DNA from: a virus
IMG/VR virus record: IMGVR_UViG_3300025151_000001
Location: 1-64,000 of that record
DNA: 64,000 nt
Strand: one strand, 5' to 3'
The position numbers and the translations under genes were made by a program. Shown here piece after piece: positions 34,252 through 44,072 of this stretch; the first letter of the stretch is position 1, and every line of letters begins with the position of its first letter. The notes under the pieces are model-generated. The model searched no databases and had not been told where the DNA came from. It saw only the letters and a program-made list of their open reading frames with translations.

Positions 34252-35919
34252 ATGATTATTAGCAAACTAAATACAGGAAGGCATATTTTTAAATCATGGA
34301 GAGAGAATGGAGAAAAGAAAACTGAAGTTGTGGAGTTTAATCCTTATTTCTATATCCGTAAGGACCATCCCGAAATCGCTGAGTATAAGCCTTCAGCATA
34401 TACCGAAAGGCGATTTAAATATAAAGAAACTGATGCAGTAACTTTGGACGGTCTTCCTCTAAAGAAGGTATTTGTTGATAAATCTGAAGATATTAGAGAA
34501 GCAAAGAAGCGTTTCTCTGAGACTTGGGAAGCAGATGTTCCTTTTCATTTCCGTTATTGTGTTGATGAACTAACCGAACTCCCAGAATATAAACTGCGAA
34601 AGTGGTATTGGGATATGGAATGGATGCCTAGTGGAAAATACAAGGATGCAATTACTGCGATTAGTCTCTATGATAACTTTAGTGAAACGTTTTATCTTTG
34701 GACTTGGTTCCCCGAACACCCTCCTAAATTTTCAGCAAACCCTGAAATTGAAGGCTACGGAAACGACATGAGAATCTTCTCTTCGGAGAAAGAGATGATT
34801 GAAAGTTTTGTTAATGAATTGAATACTCAAGACCCTGATATGCTTATTGCTTGGTTTGGTCTAAAGTTCGATTTGCCGGTATTGCTGAAGCGTATGTGTG
34901 CAAATGGGTTGAACCCTAACCTTCTAAGTCCTGTCTTCGCCGTTGATGGCATTAAGAAGACTAAGGATGGCTTCACTTACATTAAGGGAGACAATGGCTT
35001 CTCACCGATTTCTCAGCCCATCAAGGGCCGCATAACCCTTAACTTAGACCTTGCTTTTGAGCGACAATGGAACGATTCTCAGCGAGGGACGCTGCCTTCT
35101 CTCTCATTAGATTATGTTTCTAACACTTTGTTTGGAGAAGGCAAATCTTGGGAATCTAAGTTTGAAGGTGACGATTTCTATAATCGTGGGTGGCTTGAAG
35201 ATACATACCATTATCTGCAATATGCTTTAGTTGACGTTGAAATCCTTAGAAAAATTGATGAAACTAACTTTACTAGTGAGGCTATTATTTCTCTTCAAAG
35301 ACTTCTAGTTGCTCCCTTTGATGCTTGTTTTTATGCATCACACATGGGTTCAATTTACTTTATGCGTAATGCTTGGTGGAAAGCACCAACAGGCCTAAAG
35401 CCCGAAGAACGTGAACAATACGAAGGTGCTATGATTTATGACCCGACTTCTGAAGGAACAAATGGTCTTCATCTAAATGTAGCAGCATTTGACTTCGCAG
35501 GTCTATATCCATCAATGATGATTGCAAGAAACATTTCTTGGGAAACTAAGTCAGTAGAACCTACTGAATTTGCAGTTGATTTACTTACTCCTAGAGATTT
35601 CTCAGAAATGTCTGAATCAAACTATAGGTTTTATAAAACTGATAAACTCGGCCTATTGCCTCAATCTGTCCTTACGCTTAAGAACCTACGAAATGAATAT
35701 AAGCGACGGATGCGTGAGGCCCGTGAAGAAGGGAATGACGAAGATTATACGAAGTGGTATAACAATCAAATGGCTGTAAAGCGATTAATGGCTTCTTTTT
35801 ACGGCATTGTTGCCTTCCAAGGTTTTGGTTGGGCAGATGTAGAATTAGCCGCTTCTATTACTGCTTCAGCAAGAGAAGCAATTCGTGAAGCAGCATTTGT
35901 AGCAAAGGAGATGAAATAA
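34252..35919 (+). CDS. polB: Family B DNA polymerase, N-terminal part (exonuclease, motifs A and B)
   Basis: WDME, WFGLKFDLP, Y...D, DFAGLYPSMM, KRLMASFYG. Confidence 0.93.
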   Translation: MIISKLNTGRHIFKSWRENGEKKTEVVEFNPYFYIRKDHPEIAEYKPSAYTERRFKYKETDAVTLDGLPLKKVFVDKSEDIREAKKRFSETWEADVPFHFRYCVDELTELPEYKLRKWYWDMEWMPSGKYKDAITAISLYDNFSETFYLWTWFPEHPPKFSANPEIEGYGNDMRIFSSEKEMIESFVNELNTQDPDMLIAWFGLKFDLPVLLKRMCANGLNPNLLSPVFAVDGIKKTKDGFTYIKGDNGFSPISQPIKGRITLNLDLAFERQWNDSQRGTLPSLSLDYVSNTLFGEGKSWESKFEGDDFYNRGWLEDTYHYLQYALVDVEILRKIDETNFTSEAIISLQRLLVAPFDACFYASHMGSIYFMRNAWWKAPTGLKPEEREQYEGAMIYDPTSEGTNGLHLNVAAFDFAGLYPSMMIARNISWETKSVEPTEFAVDLLTPRDFSEMSESNYRFYKTDKLGLLPQSVLTLKNLRNEYKRRMREAREEGNDEDYTKWYNNQMAVKRLMASFYGIVAFQGFGWADVELAASITASAREAIREAAFVAKEMK

Positions 35920-36120
35920 ATGGTAAAACCAATTAAACAAAGAATTGAAGAAGTAATTGACTCTTATAACTCAGGTGAGACATTTTTCACAAGAGATTTC
36001 AAAGGAAGAGCATACGATAGTATGGGTAAATATACACCCTGTAACAACTCTATTGGACTTCGATTAAAGGCAAGTCCAAAAGTAATTCGTATTGGAAAAC
36101 AAACATGGAGGCGAATTTGA
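35920..36120 (+). CDS. Small basic protein between the PolB halves
   Basis: GGAG SD. Confidence 0.65.
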   Translation: MVKPIKQRIEEVIDSYNSGETFFTRDFKGRAYDSMGKYTPCNNSIGLRLKASPKVIRIGKQTWRRI

Positions 36121-36335
36121 TGAAACTAGATAACAAAAGCAGACTTAATTTATTAGAAGACAAGATTGAACAACTAACGCAGAGGATTAATCATCTTGAA
36201 GATGAAAGAGAAGAACTCTTTGCTATTGTGAAAGAAGTAATGGCCTTGCGTAGTGCAGTAACAGAAATGCAACAATTGCATGAAGCACCCGCTATGAAAT
36301 TTATACACTACTCAGAAAAGGGGTGGTGGAAGTGA
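36120..36335 (+). CDS. Small coiled-coil protein between the PolB halves
   Basis: Heptad pattern; GGAGG SD. Confidence 0.65.
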   Translation: MKLDNKSRLNLLEDKIEQLTQRINHLEDEREELFAIVKEVMALRSAVTEMQQLHEAPAMKFIHYSEKGWWK

Positions 36336-36523
36336 ACCCATCAAATAGTGCTATTTTGGCTATGATGGAGAGACTCAAAAGATTAGAAAGGTTAGTTGAT
36401 AACCTACCTGATAGCATTTGTCGTTGTTGCGGTGAATCAATGTGGACTACAGATGGTGTGGACTATATGTGCGTATCTTGTGAAGAAACATTTACTTGCG
36501 ATTGGTGTGGTGAAGAAGAATGA
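36323..36523 (+). CDS. Small Zn-ribbon protein between the PolB halves
   Basis: CRCCG...CVSC...CDWC. Confidence 0.65.
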   Translation: MVEVNPSNSAILAMMERLKRLERLVDNLPDSICRCCGESMWTTDGVDYMCVSCEETFTCDWCGEEE

Positions 36524-37407
36524 AGGTAGTTTATGGTCACACAGATTCAATCTATGTCCAGATTGATGATATAGACCAAGCCTTAGAAACCGTAAAGAAG
36601 ATTGAAAATGTCGTCAGGAAGAAGTTCCCGAATGTTCTCGGACTTGAAGAACATCCCGTTGCATTGGAGTTTGAAAAGTATTATTCAGCATTGGGTGTCG
36701 GTATTACGAAAAACAGAAACGCAGGAATGATTACATGGGAAGATGGTGTTCATCTAGATAAGCCCAAATTCACCATGACGGGTTTTACTGCAAAACGAGT
36801 AAGTGAAACTAAACTTGCTAAGGAAGTGCAAACAAAAGTGCTTAAAATGTGGGTTGAACAAAAAACTCAGGGGGAAATCAACAATTACCTGTATGAAACT
36901 TACTCCTCCGTAAGAAATGGCGAAGTTCCTATGCGTTCAATCGTAAAACGTAGTCGTTTGAGGGAGGACCGCTTTATGCTGAAGTGTCCCGAATGCAAGC
37001 GACACCATGAAATGCGTTCAGCGATTCGCATGAAGTGGTGTGACCGTTGCGGGAAGGATTCAAAGGATTTTGTGACGCTTCAGTATAAGCGACCTTCAAT
37101 TTCTTCAGGAATTGCGGGAGTTCTCTATGCTTGGGAGCATCTAGGGACAAAATTCGAAGATTCTTACCTCTATCTAAGAGTTGACGCACCCGGAAAGACC
37201 TTTACTCATCCTCTCACTAAAGAACAAAGGCAAGTTGACTATATTTCTGCATCATCTTATGATGAATTCGATAATTGGACTCCTGATTATGAGCATTATG
37301 CAGAACAGGTCATTAAAAAGGCAGAACCTATCTATCGTGCTATGGGTTGGGAAACTTCTAGCATCAGAACAAACAGAATCCAACTAAAATTAGAAGAATG
37401 GTGGTAA
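36520..37407 (+). CDS. polB: Family B DNA polymerase, C-terminal part (motif C, thumb, Zn finger, PIP box)
   Basis: VVYGHTDSIYV, LEFEK, CPEC..CDRC, DYEHY..Q, QLKLEEWW. Confidence 0.9.
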   Translation: MKVVYGHTDSIYVQIDDIDQALETVKKIENVVRKKFPNVLGLEEHPVALEFEKYYSALGVGITKNRNAGMITWEDGVHLDKPKFTMTGFTAKRVSETKLAKEVQTKVLKMWVEQKTQGEINNYLYETYSSVRNGEVPMRSIVKRSRLREDRFMLKCPECKRHHEMRSAIRMKWCDRCGKDSKDFVTLQYKRPSISSGIAGVLYAWEHLGTKFEDSYLYLRVDAPGKTFTHPLTKEQRQVDYISASSYDEFDNWTPDYEHYAEQVIKKAEPIYRAMGWETSSIRTNRIQLKLEEWW

Positions 37408-37409
37408 AT

Positions 37410-38315
37410 ATGGAACAAAACGAAAAATATAAAGCAGTAATCAACTCGATGGATGAATACACCTATCAATGGAACCCTGAAAATGCAGAAGACCCGTCTA
37501 AACCAATCCTGAAGATTACCAAATCTTCACTTGGGACGCATGATTGGTGTCCTAAGAAGTATGATTTCAGTTATGTTCAGCGTCTTCCCCAAGACCAAAC
37601 TGAAGCAATGTTAAAAGGAACGGTAGTCCACAATGCAAGAGAGGATTTCTTTAATGATTTTGATATTACTAAGGCGGAAACAATGAATAACACAGAACTT
37701 TTGGACTACTGCCAAAGTCTTTTCCCCATTGATGACTATTTAGACATTTATTTGACTATCGCATCAACTGAAGCAGAAAGATTTATTGAAGCAAAAGAAG
37801 AAGATAAGTTAGATGAGTATTTGCCGGTAGTTAACGAAGGTTTATTTGATGCAGAAATCACTTTTCGGGCAAATCAAAGCAAGAAGTTCACACTTCAGCG
37901 TGATTATAAGATTCACCTTCAAGGAATCATTGACCGAGTATTTAGAGAAGGTAATTCTCTAATCCCATTGGAGTTGAAGACAGGGCCTTGGAAGGACTAT
38001 AAAACAACAATGATGAGAAAAGAAATGGCTTTTTATCAGTTGATGATTGAATCTGCTCCCGAGGAAGTTCTTATTAAGAATGGATTAACTAAAGATATGA
38101 AAGTGACTCATTGGGGTTGGTATTACCCTGTATCAAATTACATGTATGTTGAAGAAGCAAAGAAACGGTCTATGACTTCTGTTACAGATGGTATTGCCAA
38201 ACTTCTTCACGCATATGAGCAGGGTATTTTTGCACCTAAGTTTTATTTTAAGACGTGTAGTCATTGTTCCTTCTTTGGTATCTGTGATGCGGCTCAAACG
38301 GATTCGTGGTTATGA
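37410..38315 (+). CDS. Cas4/RecB-like PD-(D/E)xK exonuclease
   Basis: WCPKKY, GTVVH, GIIDRV, ELKTG, CSHCSFFGIC. Confidence 0.85.
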   Translation: MEQNEKYKAVINSMDEYTYQWNPENAEDPSKPILKITKSSLGTHDWCPKKYDFSYVQRLPQDQTEAMLKGTVVHNAREDFFNDFDITKAETMNNTELLDYCQSLFPIDDYLDIYLTIASTEAERFIEAKEEDKLDEYLPVVNEGLFDAEITFRANQSKKFTLQRDYKIHLQGIIDRVFREGNSLIPLELKTGPWKDYKTTMMRKEMAFYQLMIESAPEEVLIKNGLTKDMKVTHWGWYYPVSNYMYVEEAKKRSMTSVTDGIAKLLHAYEQGIFAPKFYFKTCSHCSFFGICDAAQTDSWL

Positions 38316-38689
38316 TGATTAAGAATTTGATTGAATCTAAAGTATTAGCGAAAGATTGGACGTTTAATGAAATTTCAAACTTAAAACAAACAATTGAAGC
38401 ACTATCTCATAGCCTCTACTCTGAAATGAAATTAAGTGAACGCTTCCAACTAATTCGAGAAATTAGAATCAATGATGCATATGTTGGAAGCACATTTGAA
38501 GATTCTATGAGACAAGCAATTATGTCTTCACTTCAAGCAGAAGTTGCAGGCATTATTCGTGAAATGTTAAATAATGCAACAGTAAATTTCGGAGGTAATA
38601 AAAATGATGTTTCCAAGATTAGTGTGGGCGGGGAGTCACATTCCGAACGCACCACAGATGAAGAGAAAGAAAGTTCTAACAAAGAATGA
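38312..38689 (+). CDS. Hypothetical protein
   Basis: ORF track. Confidence 0.65.
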   Translation: MMIKNLIESKVLAKDWTFNEISNLKQTIEALSHSLYSEMKLSERFQLIREIRINDAYVGSTFEDSMRQAIMSSLQAEVAGIIREMLNNATVNFGGNKNDVSKISVGGESHSERTTDEEKESSNKE

Positions 38690-39647
38690 TTATTCCAATT
38701 TTGTAAATTCTCACAATAATAGAACAAATGTATATACTACAGTTTATGATTTTGAAGAGTTTTCAGAAACTACGGCTATTGATTCTTCCGTTGTTCTTAA
38801 TCGAATTTTCTTAGATTTTGATGCACACGATGAGAAATTAGAAGATGCATATAGTGATGTTAAGTTGATTATGCAAATGGTCAAAGATGAAGATTTAATG
38901 CATACACTATTTTTTTCAGGGAGGGGATTTCATTTATTCATTGAAGGAGAGCGCACAGACGATATTAGAAATATTCAGGCTTATTTCAAAGTCATTAAAG
39001 AATATCTTAGAAATGGTGGTGGCGGGTCTTCTCTCGATGATAGAGTAGGACAAGCAACTAGACTACGAAGAGTTCCAAATACAGTCAATATGGCTTCTGA
39101 TGATGGTCAAGGCAATCCCCTTTATTGCATCCCTCTTTTCTATGAAGACGTGATTTCAATGAATCTTAACGAAGTGATTGGAATGGCGCGAAGTCCGCGA
39201 CTTATTCCCTTCCGAAAGTCGGGGTCTAAGAGGGTGTTCTTCCCCGAACAACCCCCTATTGAGATGGTGGAGGGCGAGGTTTCTGTGCCCCAACACGACG
39301 GTAATCTCCCCATCCTTCCATGTTTATACCATGCGACTATGGTAGAGAATCCCGGTCATTTTGCTCGCGTGTATCTTGTTCAATGGTGGCGAGATATTTT
39401 GACTAATTGCACGGGAGTTCAGTTAAGAGGCGAACAAGCAAAGCCAATCATCAATAAGATTATGGATGAAATACATGAAGTTTATGGTAAATCAGAAGAC
39501 GTTTGGTTAGATTGGAATGAACGTGAATCTAGAAAGCACGTATCATATACCGTTAGAAACAATCGTTTCTCTCCTAGTTGTAAGACTCTGATTTCAAACG
39601 GATATTGCGTAGGTAAATGTTGGAGGTTCCCAAATGGAAAGAAGTGA
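38604..39647 (+). CDS. Archaeo-eukaryotic primase (PriS fused to PriL-like C-terminal domain)
   Basis: LDFD, SGRGFH, RLRRVPNT; PC...PSC...GYC...C Fe-S-type cysteines. Confidence 0.88.
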   Translation: MMFPRLVWAGSHIPNAPQMKRKKVLTKNDYSNFVNSHNNRTNVYTTVYDFEEFSETTAIDSSVVLNRIFLDFDAHDEKLEDAYSDVKLIMQMVKDEDLMHTLFFSGRGFHLFIEGERTDDIRNIQAYFKVIKEYLRNGGGGSSLDDRVGQATRLRRVPNTVNMASDDGQGNPLYCIPLFYEDVISMNLNEVIGMARSPRLIPFRKSGSKRVFFPEQPPIEMVEGEVSVPQHDGNLPILPCLYHATMVENPGHFARVYLVQWWRDILTNCTGVQLRGEQAKPIINKIMDEIHEVYGKSEDVWLDWNERESRKHVSYTVRNNRFSPSCKTLISNGYCVGKCWRFPNGKK

Positions 39648-39728
39648 CTTAATGTTTTATGCTAGAATTGCGTTTTATATAACAGGCACTATTGCTTTTA
39701 TTTTAACATCAATAATGGGGGTAGCACA

Positions 39729-40424
39729 ATGCTAATCATAGATTCAAGAGAAAAAGAAGGTTCTAAACTAGTTCGACTAGTTGAGCAAAAGGCAAAAGCA
39801 TTAAACATCAAAACAGAAAAGAAGTGGATTGAGATTGGCGACTACGTTTTCAATGATGTGTGTTTTGAAGCGAAATCAACCACAGACTTTTTGGGTTCCG
39901 TTATTTCAAAAAGAATGTGGACTCAGATTGATAATATGGATAGAGCATATAAAACAAATATTGTTTTAATTTATGGTAATATTCAAGAAGCGATTAACAA
40001 TGTAATAGATAATGCACCAAACAATATGCCTAGGGCAACGCGAGGAATTCTTTTAAGAAACAAATTTTTGGGAGCATACGGGCGAATTATTCTAGACATG
40101 GACACTAAACCAATGTGGGTTGAATCTGAAGAGGAAGCCGCAGAAATCATTACTGCGGTGTGTAAAATGCAACCTCTAGATAGGCCTAGTATTAAGCCTA
40201 GGATTCATAAGAGACTAGCAACAGATGATTTAAGGGTTGATATGCTTTCAACCATTAAAGGAGTATCTGAATCAAAGGCAGAACGCTTGATTAACGAATT
40301 CGGTTCCATTATGGAAATCGGAGAACAGAAAGCATACGAAATTACAAAAATGGAAGGTATCGGTCCAACGGTTGCAAACCGTATTTTAGATACATTAAAC
40401 TCAGAAGATAAGGTGAGAATATGA
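39729..40424 (+). CDS. ERCC4/XPF-family nuclease with HhH motifs
   Basis: IDSRE, GDY, EAKS..DF..S, IKGVS and EGIGP. Confidence 0.88.
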   Translation: MLIIDSREKEGSKLVRLVEQKAKALNIKTEKKWIEIGDYVFNDVCFEAKSTTDFLGSVISKRMWTQIDNMDRAYKTNIVLIYGNIQEAINNVIDNAPNNMPRATRGILLRNKFLGAYGRIILDMDTKPMWVESEEEAAEIITAVCKMQPLDRPSIKPRIHKRLATDDLRVDMLSTIKGVSESKAERLINEFGSIMEIGEQKAYEITKMEGIGPTVANRILDTLNSEDKVRI

Positions 40425-41872
40425 ATGAAGCAGAAGAATATGTTGAATTTTATGAAGAACGAGCAACGGCTTTTTCGGAGTCGCTTCCTAGATTGGTTAG
40501 GGAGTTTCAGAAGTCTGCTCTTGAAGTTTCACACATGAACGACGTGCCTGCGGCAGTATCGTTCTTTGTGATTCTAGGTCAGATTTCAAAGGATTTTGTT
40601 CAAATCGTGAATGGAAGAAATATTGAAGACTCTAGAATCCATTTCTGTTGGATTCAAACTTCGGGAACAGGGAAGTCAACCCTTTGGAACTTTGTTGGTC
40701 CGGTTGCAGAAGGTGTCTTTAGAAGAATTAATGAGAAGGGAACGCATCCTAACTTGGTTTGGAAAGACTACAATCGTCCTCAAAGTTTCGACACCTTTTC
40801 TCTAACTGACTACACAGATGCAACTCTGATTGGTGGTTTCAATAAAACAATCAATGACGAGGGTGAAGTTGAATTAGATTCTGTTCCCGGTCACTTGGAA
40901 GGTGCGGGTCTTGCCCATTGGGACGAATTTGAATATTCAGGTGTGTTCAAACCAACACAACACAATGAATCTTCTATTGTGTATCTAAATACTCTAATGA
41001 ATACACTAGCCGGTGAATCTTGGGTAATCAGTAAGGCTCTTCGTCAGTTTGATAACGAGGTAAAATACTGCCTAAGTCAACGTTCAACTATCGCTATGAC
41101 TTATCCTCCCGAGAACCTTAGTGACGTTATTGCAAATAAGGGTGTTCTTCAACGTATGCTTCTTTATGTTTGGGATGTTCCTGAACACATTCAACAAAAA
41201 ATGCGTCGTGACCAAATCATGAAAGCAGGAACCTTTGAAGAAGTCGATTCACCAATTGAGAAATTCGTAAATGGTATCTATAAAGTATATGAAGAATTGA
41301 AGAAAAAGTTCGATGAATCTGGTCGTGATGCTAAGTCAACTATCAAGTATTCCCCTGCTTTTAATGATGCTCTAATGTTAGAGTATGAAAACATGGAAGC
41401 ATTCATTAACAATACTAATGCTGACGTTCGTAAAGTGGCGCAAAACTTTACCACCCGTTTGATGAAGATTCTGATTAAGATGAGCGTTCTTTGCTGTATC
41501 GCTGAAGCGCCCTCTATTAAGAAAGCAAGCGACAAATTCGTGGTTGGGCCGAGAAACGTCCGTCAAGCGGGAAGTGTTGTCCGACAATGCTATAGCACAT
41601 TGGTTGATTGGCTAGAGCAGGGCCTCCGAGTCAAGCGACGAAGCATCGCAGAAAAGTCTCTGTTTCCTGTATTTGTTAAGGTTTATGCTGAAATGGTGAC
41701 TGAACAAAACGAAGGCTTTGTTTCAAAGAAAGACCTACTTACTAGAGTAATGAAAGAAGGCAACAAATCTCAACCATCTGTCTATAATTACTATAGAAAG
41801 ATTCAACATAAATTCAAAGAACAAAAAGAAGGACGCTCAGTCTATACTAAATTAGTTGGTGATGAAGAATGA
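40421..41872 (+). CDS. MCM-like AAA+ helicase
   Basis: SGTGKST, TDATLIGG, G.AHWDEF, LQRM; C-terminal winged helix. Confidence 0.7.
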   Translation: MNEAEEYVEFYEERATAFSESLPRLVREFQKSALEVSHMNDVPAAVSFFVILGQISKDFVQIVNGRNIEDSRIHFCWIQTSGTGKSTLWNFVGPVAEGVFRRINEKGTHPNLVWKDYNRPQSFDTFSLTDYTDATLIGGFNKTINDEGEVELDSVPGHLEGAGLAHWDEFEYSGVFKPTQHNESSIVYLNTLMNTLAGESWVISKALRQFDNEVKYCLSQRSTIAMTYPPENLSDVIANKGVLQRMLLYVWDVPEHIQQKMRRDQIMKAGTFEEVDSPIEKFVNGIYKVYEELKKKFDESGRDAKSTIKYSPAFNDALMLEYENMEAFINNTNADVRKVAQNFTTRLMKILIKMSVLCCIAEAPSIKKASDKFVVGPRNVRQAGSVVRQCYSTLVDWLEQGLRVKRRSIAEKSLFPVFVKVYAEMVTEQNEGFVSKKDLLTRVMKEGNKSQPSVYNYYRKIQHKFKEQKEGRSVYTKLVGDEE

Positions 41873-42090
41873 AATGGGAAAACACATATAAAGTATTTGA
41901 AGTATCAAAAGGCCCGAAAGTGATTATTGAATCTCTTAACACCTATGGGGAAGAAGGTTGGGAATGTTCATCTATGGTTACAGTAGCCGGACAAAATATC
42001 GTTGTCTTCTTAAAAAGAAAGATTGAAGAAGATGTTCCTGTAGATAAAGAAGAGGCTAAACTTAGCAAACTTTGGTCTGGCGGTGAGTGA
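41869..42090 (+). CDS. DUF4177-like small protein
   Basis: MKWE...LNTYGEEGWE...FLKR. Confidence 0.65.
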   Translation: MKWENTYKVFEVSKGPKVIIESLNTYGEEGWECSSMVTVAGQNIVVFLKRKIEEDVPVDKEEAKLSKLWSGGE

Positions 42091-42685
42091 AATGAATGTA
42101 ATGGCGATTGACTTAGAGACAAAAAATATGTCTTATGAAATTGGAGGATTTGGTAATACTCATATGTTTCAAGTTTCGACTGTGACTACTTGGGACGGTT
42201 CGACGGGGACGGCATATGTTGATGAAGCCGTTGATTCTTTCGCTAAGGGTGGTCACGTCGTCAAAAGCCTTCGTGACCTCAAATATGACCTAGACGATTT
42301 TCAGAAGACAGGAGGCCTTCTATTAGGCCACAATATCGCAGCGTTTGATTTACCTATCCTTCGAGATTCTTTGGACATATACTGCATTCGAAAGTATTTG
42401 GAGAATAAGCAATACATTGATACTAGTAAAGCATTACTTAAAGGACATGGGGAGAGATATCGTCTTCAAAATTTAGTTGAGTGTTCTTTAGGCGCTTCAA
42501 AGACTATGGATTCTGCTGATGCTCCTGCACTTTGGAAAGCAGGAGATTATGATACGGTCGTTGATTACTGTTTAAAGGACAGTCAATTAGTCTATGACCT
42601 TTGGAAATACGGTCAGAAAAATGGAATCGTTAAAGGATTTTCTGTTGAAAAAGAGGAGTTTGTTGATTTAGGAGTTGATTGGTGA
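42083..42685 (+). CDS. DEDD/RNase H-like 3'-5' exonuclease
   Basis: AIDLET, GHNIAAFDLP, YCLKD. Confidence 0.85.
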   Translation: MSEMNVMAIDLETKNMSYEIGGFGNTHMFQVSTVTTWDGSTGTAYVDEAVDSFAKGGHVVKSLRDLKYDLDDFQKTGGLLLGHNIAAFDLPILRDSLDIYCIRKYLENKQYIDTSKALLKGHGERYRLQNLVECSLGASKTMDSADAPALWKAGDYDTVVDYCLKDSQLVYDLWKYGQKNGIVKGFSVEKEEFVDLGVDW

Positions 42686-42837
42686 TGACAGGTTGGGAAA
42701 TTTTTGCTCTTATTGTTTTTTTGTTAATTGTGCTTTTGTTATTCTTTGCAGCATTTGGCGGTTCTAATATCACCGATGAATCTGTTGAGCAATACATGGC
42801 TCGCTTAATCAATTCGCGTGATAAGAATGGGCCTTAA
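42685..42837 (+). CDS. 50-aa single-TM protein
   Basis: Manual translation MTGWEIFALIVFLLIVLLLFFAAFGG... Confidence 0.65.
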   Translation: MTGWEIFALIVFLLIVLLLFFAAFGGSNITDESVEQYMARLINSRDKNGP

Positions 42838-42985
42838 ACAAAGATGTCCATTTTGCGATAAACATACACTAGCGAAGCGGCTAGTCGCCTTTTATGTAGG
42901 CGCACCCGGACAAGTTAAACTGTGGGAATGTAGAGAGTGTAAGGGTATTTGGTCGAAAGACACACTTAGGGAGGTTGGGGAGTAA
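42827..42985 (+). CDS. 52-aa Zn-ribbon protein
   Basis: Manual translation; CPFC...WECREC. Confidence 0.65.
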   Translation: MGLKQRCPFCDKHTLAKRLVAFYVGAPGQVKLWECRECKGIWSKDTLREVGE

Positions 42986-43009
42986 TTTTCCCCGACCTCC
43001 CCATTTTTT
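42969..43009. terminator. Hairpin at the convergence of early and late blocks
   Basis: GGGAGGTTGGGGA/TCCCCGACCTCCC followed by a T-run. Confidence 0.75.
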
Positions 43010-43059
43010 GGTCTTCTAAAAGTTAATAATATTTTTCATGAACTTATTAAGTAGTTTGA

Positions 43060-44070
43060 CTAATATGTTAATGAAAAGATAGGGAATGTATTAGGTGTTG
43101 GACCGGGACTAAGTTTTGCGTTTAGAATTACACCGGGAGCAGGACTTCCACTAATTCCCGTAGTTCCACCAAATACAGTAGAAACATAAATTGTTCTACC
43201 ATCACTCGACCAATCAAAACCAGCAATAGATTCTGCGACACTTGCGGTTGCATAAATTGGTCCCACATCACGGTCGCCAAGATAAGAACTTAAATCAAGA
43301 GTATAAACCACAGAACCCATAGTGCTTACGTCATATGGTGTTGAAAGGGCGTATTCTCTAATGGCTTTATTTTGTGAAACAAAAATCTTTGTGCCGTCAT
43401 CATTAAATTTAACGCCTGTAATATTCCCATTAGCAGAAACATCGGTTATTGTTTTAGTTCCAATAGACGTAACGCTGCTTAAATTATATGCGCTATTGCA
43501 AGTATATGAACGCAATTTATTTTGAGTGCTGCTAATACCGCTTCCTACTACAACCTTAGTCCCATCATCATTCCATGCACAGGCTTGAAGACCAACAGCA
43601 CCTAATGGATTGCTAATACTACCTGCTGCTGATAAGGTGCTACTAATATCTCCGGGTGTAGCATAAGAGGCGGCAAAAAGGTCATTACTATTCCAACCGG
43701 CCACAAGAAGATATTGCCCTGTATCATCAAAGTGAATATCTCTTAACTGTTGATTACTACCTGTAATTGCTGAAATATCGTCAACCTGAACAACCAAACC
43801 ATCTGTATTCCCAATAGGTAATTCACGAACTTGTTCGGTTCCAGAATCGTAAATAGAAGGACCATTACCGGCATTGCAAATATAAAAATCCGAATCAGTT
43901 ACAGCAATTCCCGTAATAATATCTGCTCCCTGTCCACCACTTCTTGCAGTATCTTGAGTAAAGTTAAAGTTAATTCCTACCGGGCTAACGCTTGCAAATT
44001 GTGATAAGTCGAAAGGCCCTGCGGCATTTACCTTATCTTCAGCACAAGCACCTGCAACGGCTAAATACAA
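43060..44070 (-). CDS. Beta-propeller tail/receptor-binding protein
   Basis: Repeated (F/W)xxDG(T/R)xxxV blades; EYALSTPYDVST; last gene of the tail block; TTG start inferred. Confidence 0.65.
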   Translation of the reverse strand: MYLAVAGACAEDKVNAAGPFDLSQFASVSPVGINFNFTQDTARSGGQGADIITGIAVTDSDFYICNAGNGPSIYDSGTEQVRELPIGNTDGLVVQVDDISAITGSNQQLRDIHFDDTGQYLLVAGWNSNDLFAASYATPGDISSTLSAAGSISNPLGAVGLQACAWNDDGTKVVVGSGISSTQNKLRSYTCNSAYNLSSVTSIGTKTITDVSANGNITGVKFNDDGTKIFVSQNKAIREYALSTPYDVSTMGSVVYTLDLSSYLGDRDVGPIYATASVAESIAGFDWSSDGRTIYVSTVFGGTTGISGSPAPGVILNAKLSPGPTPNTFPIFSLTY

Positions 44071-44072
44071 TC

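Noticed and set aside
35920-36519. Intein or intron in PolB
   Set aside because: No Cys/Ser...His-Asn termini or group I/II features; three ordinary coupled ORFs fill the gap.
37410-38315. Cas4 as evidence of a CRISPR-Cas system
   Set aside because: A stand-alone Cas4-like nuclease in a replication operon is common in archaeal viruses; no other cas genes.
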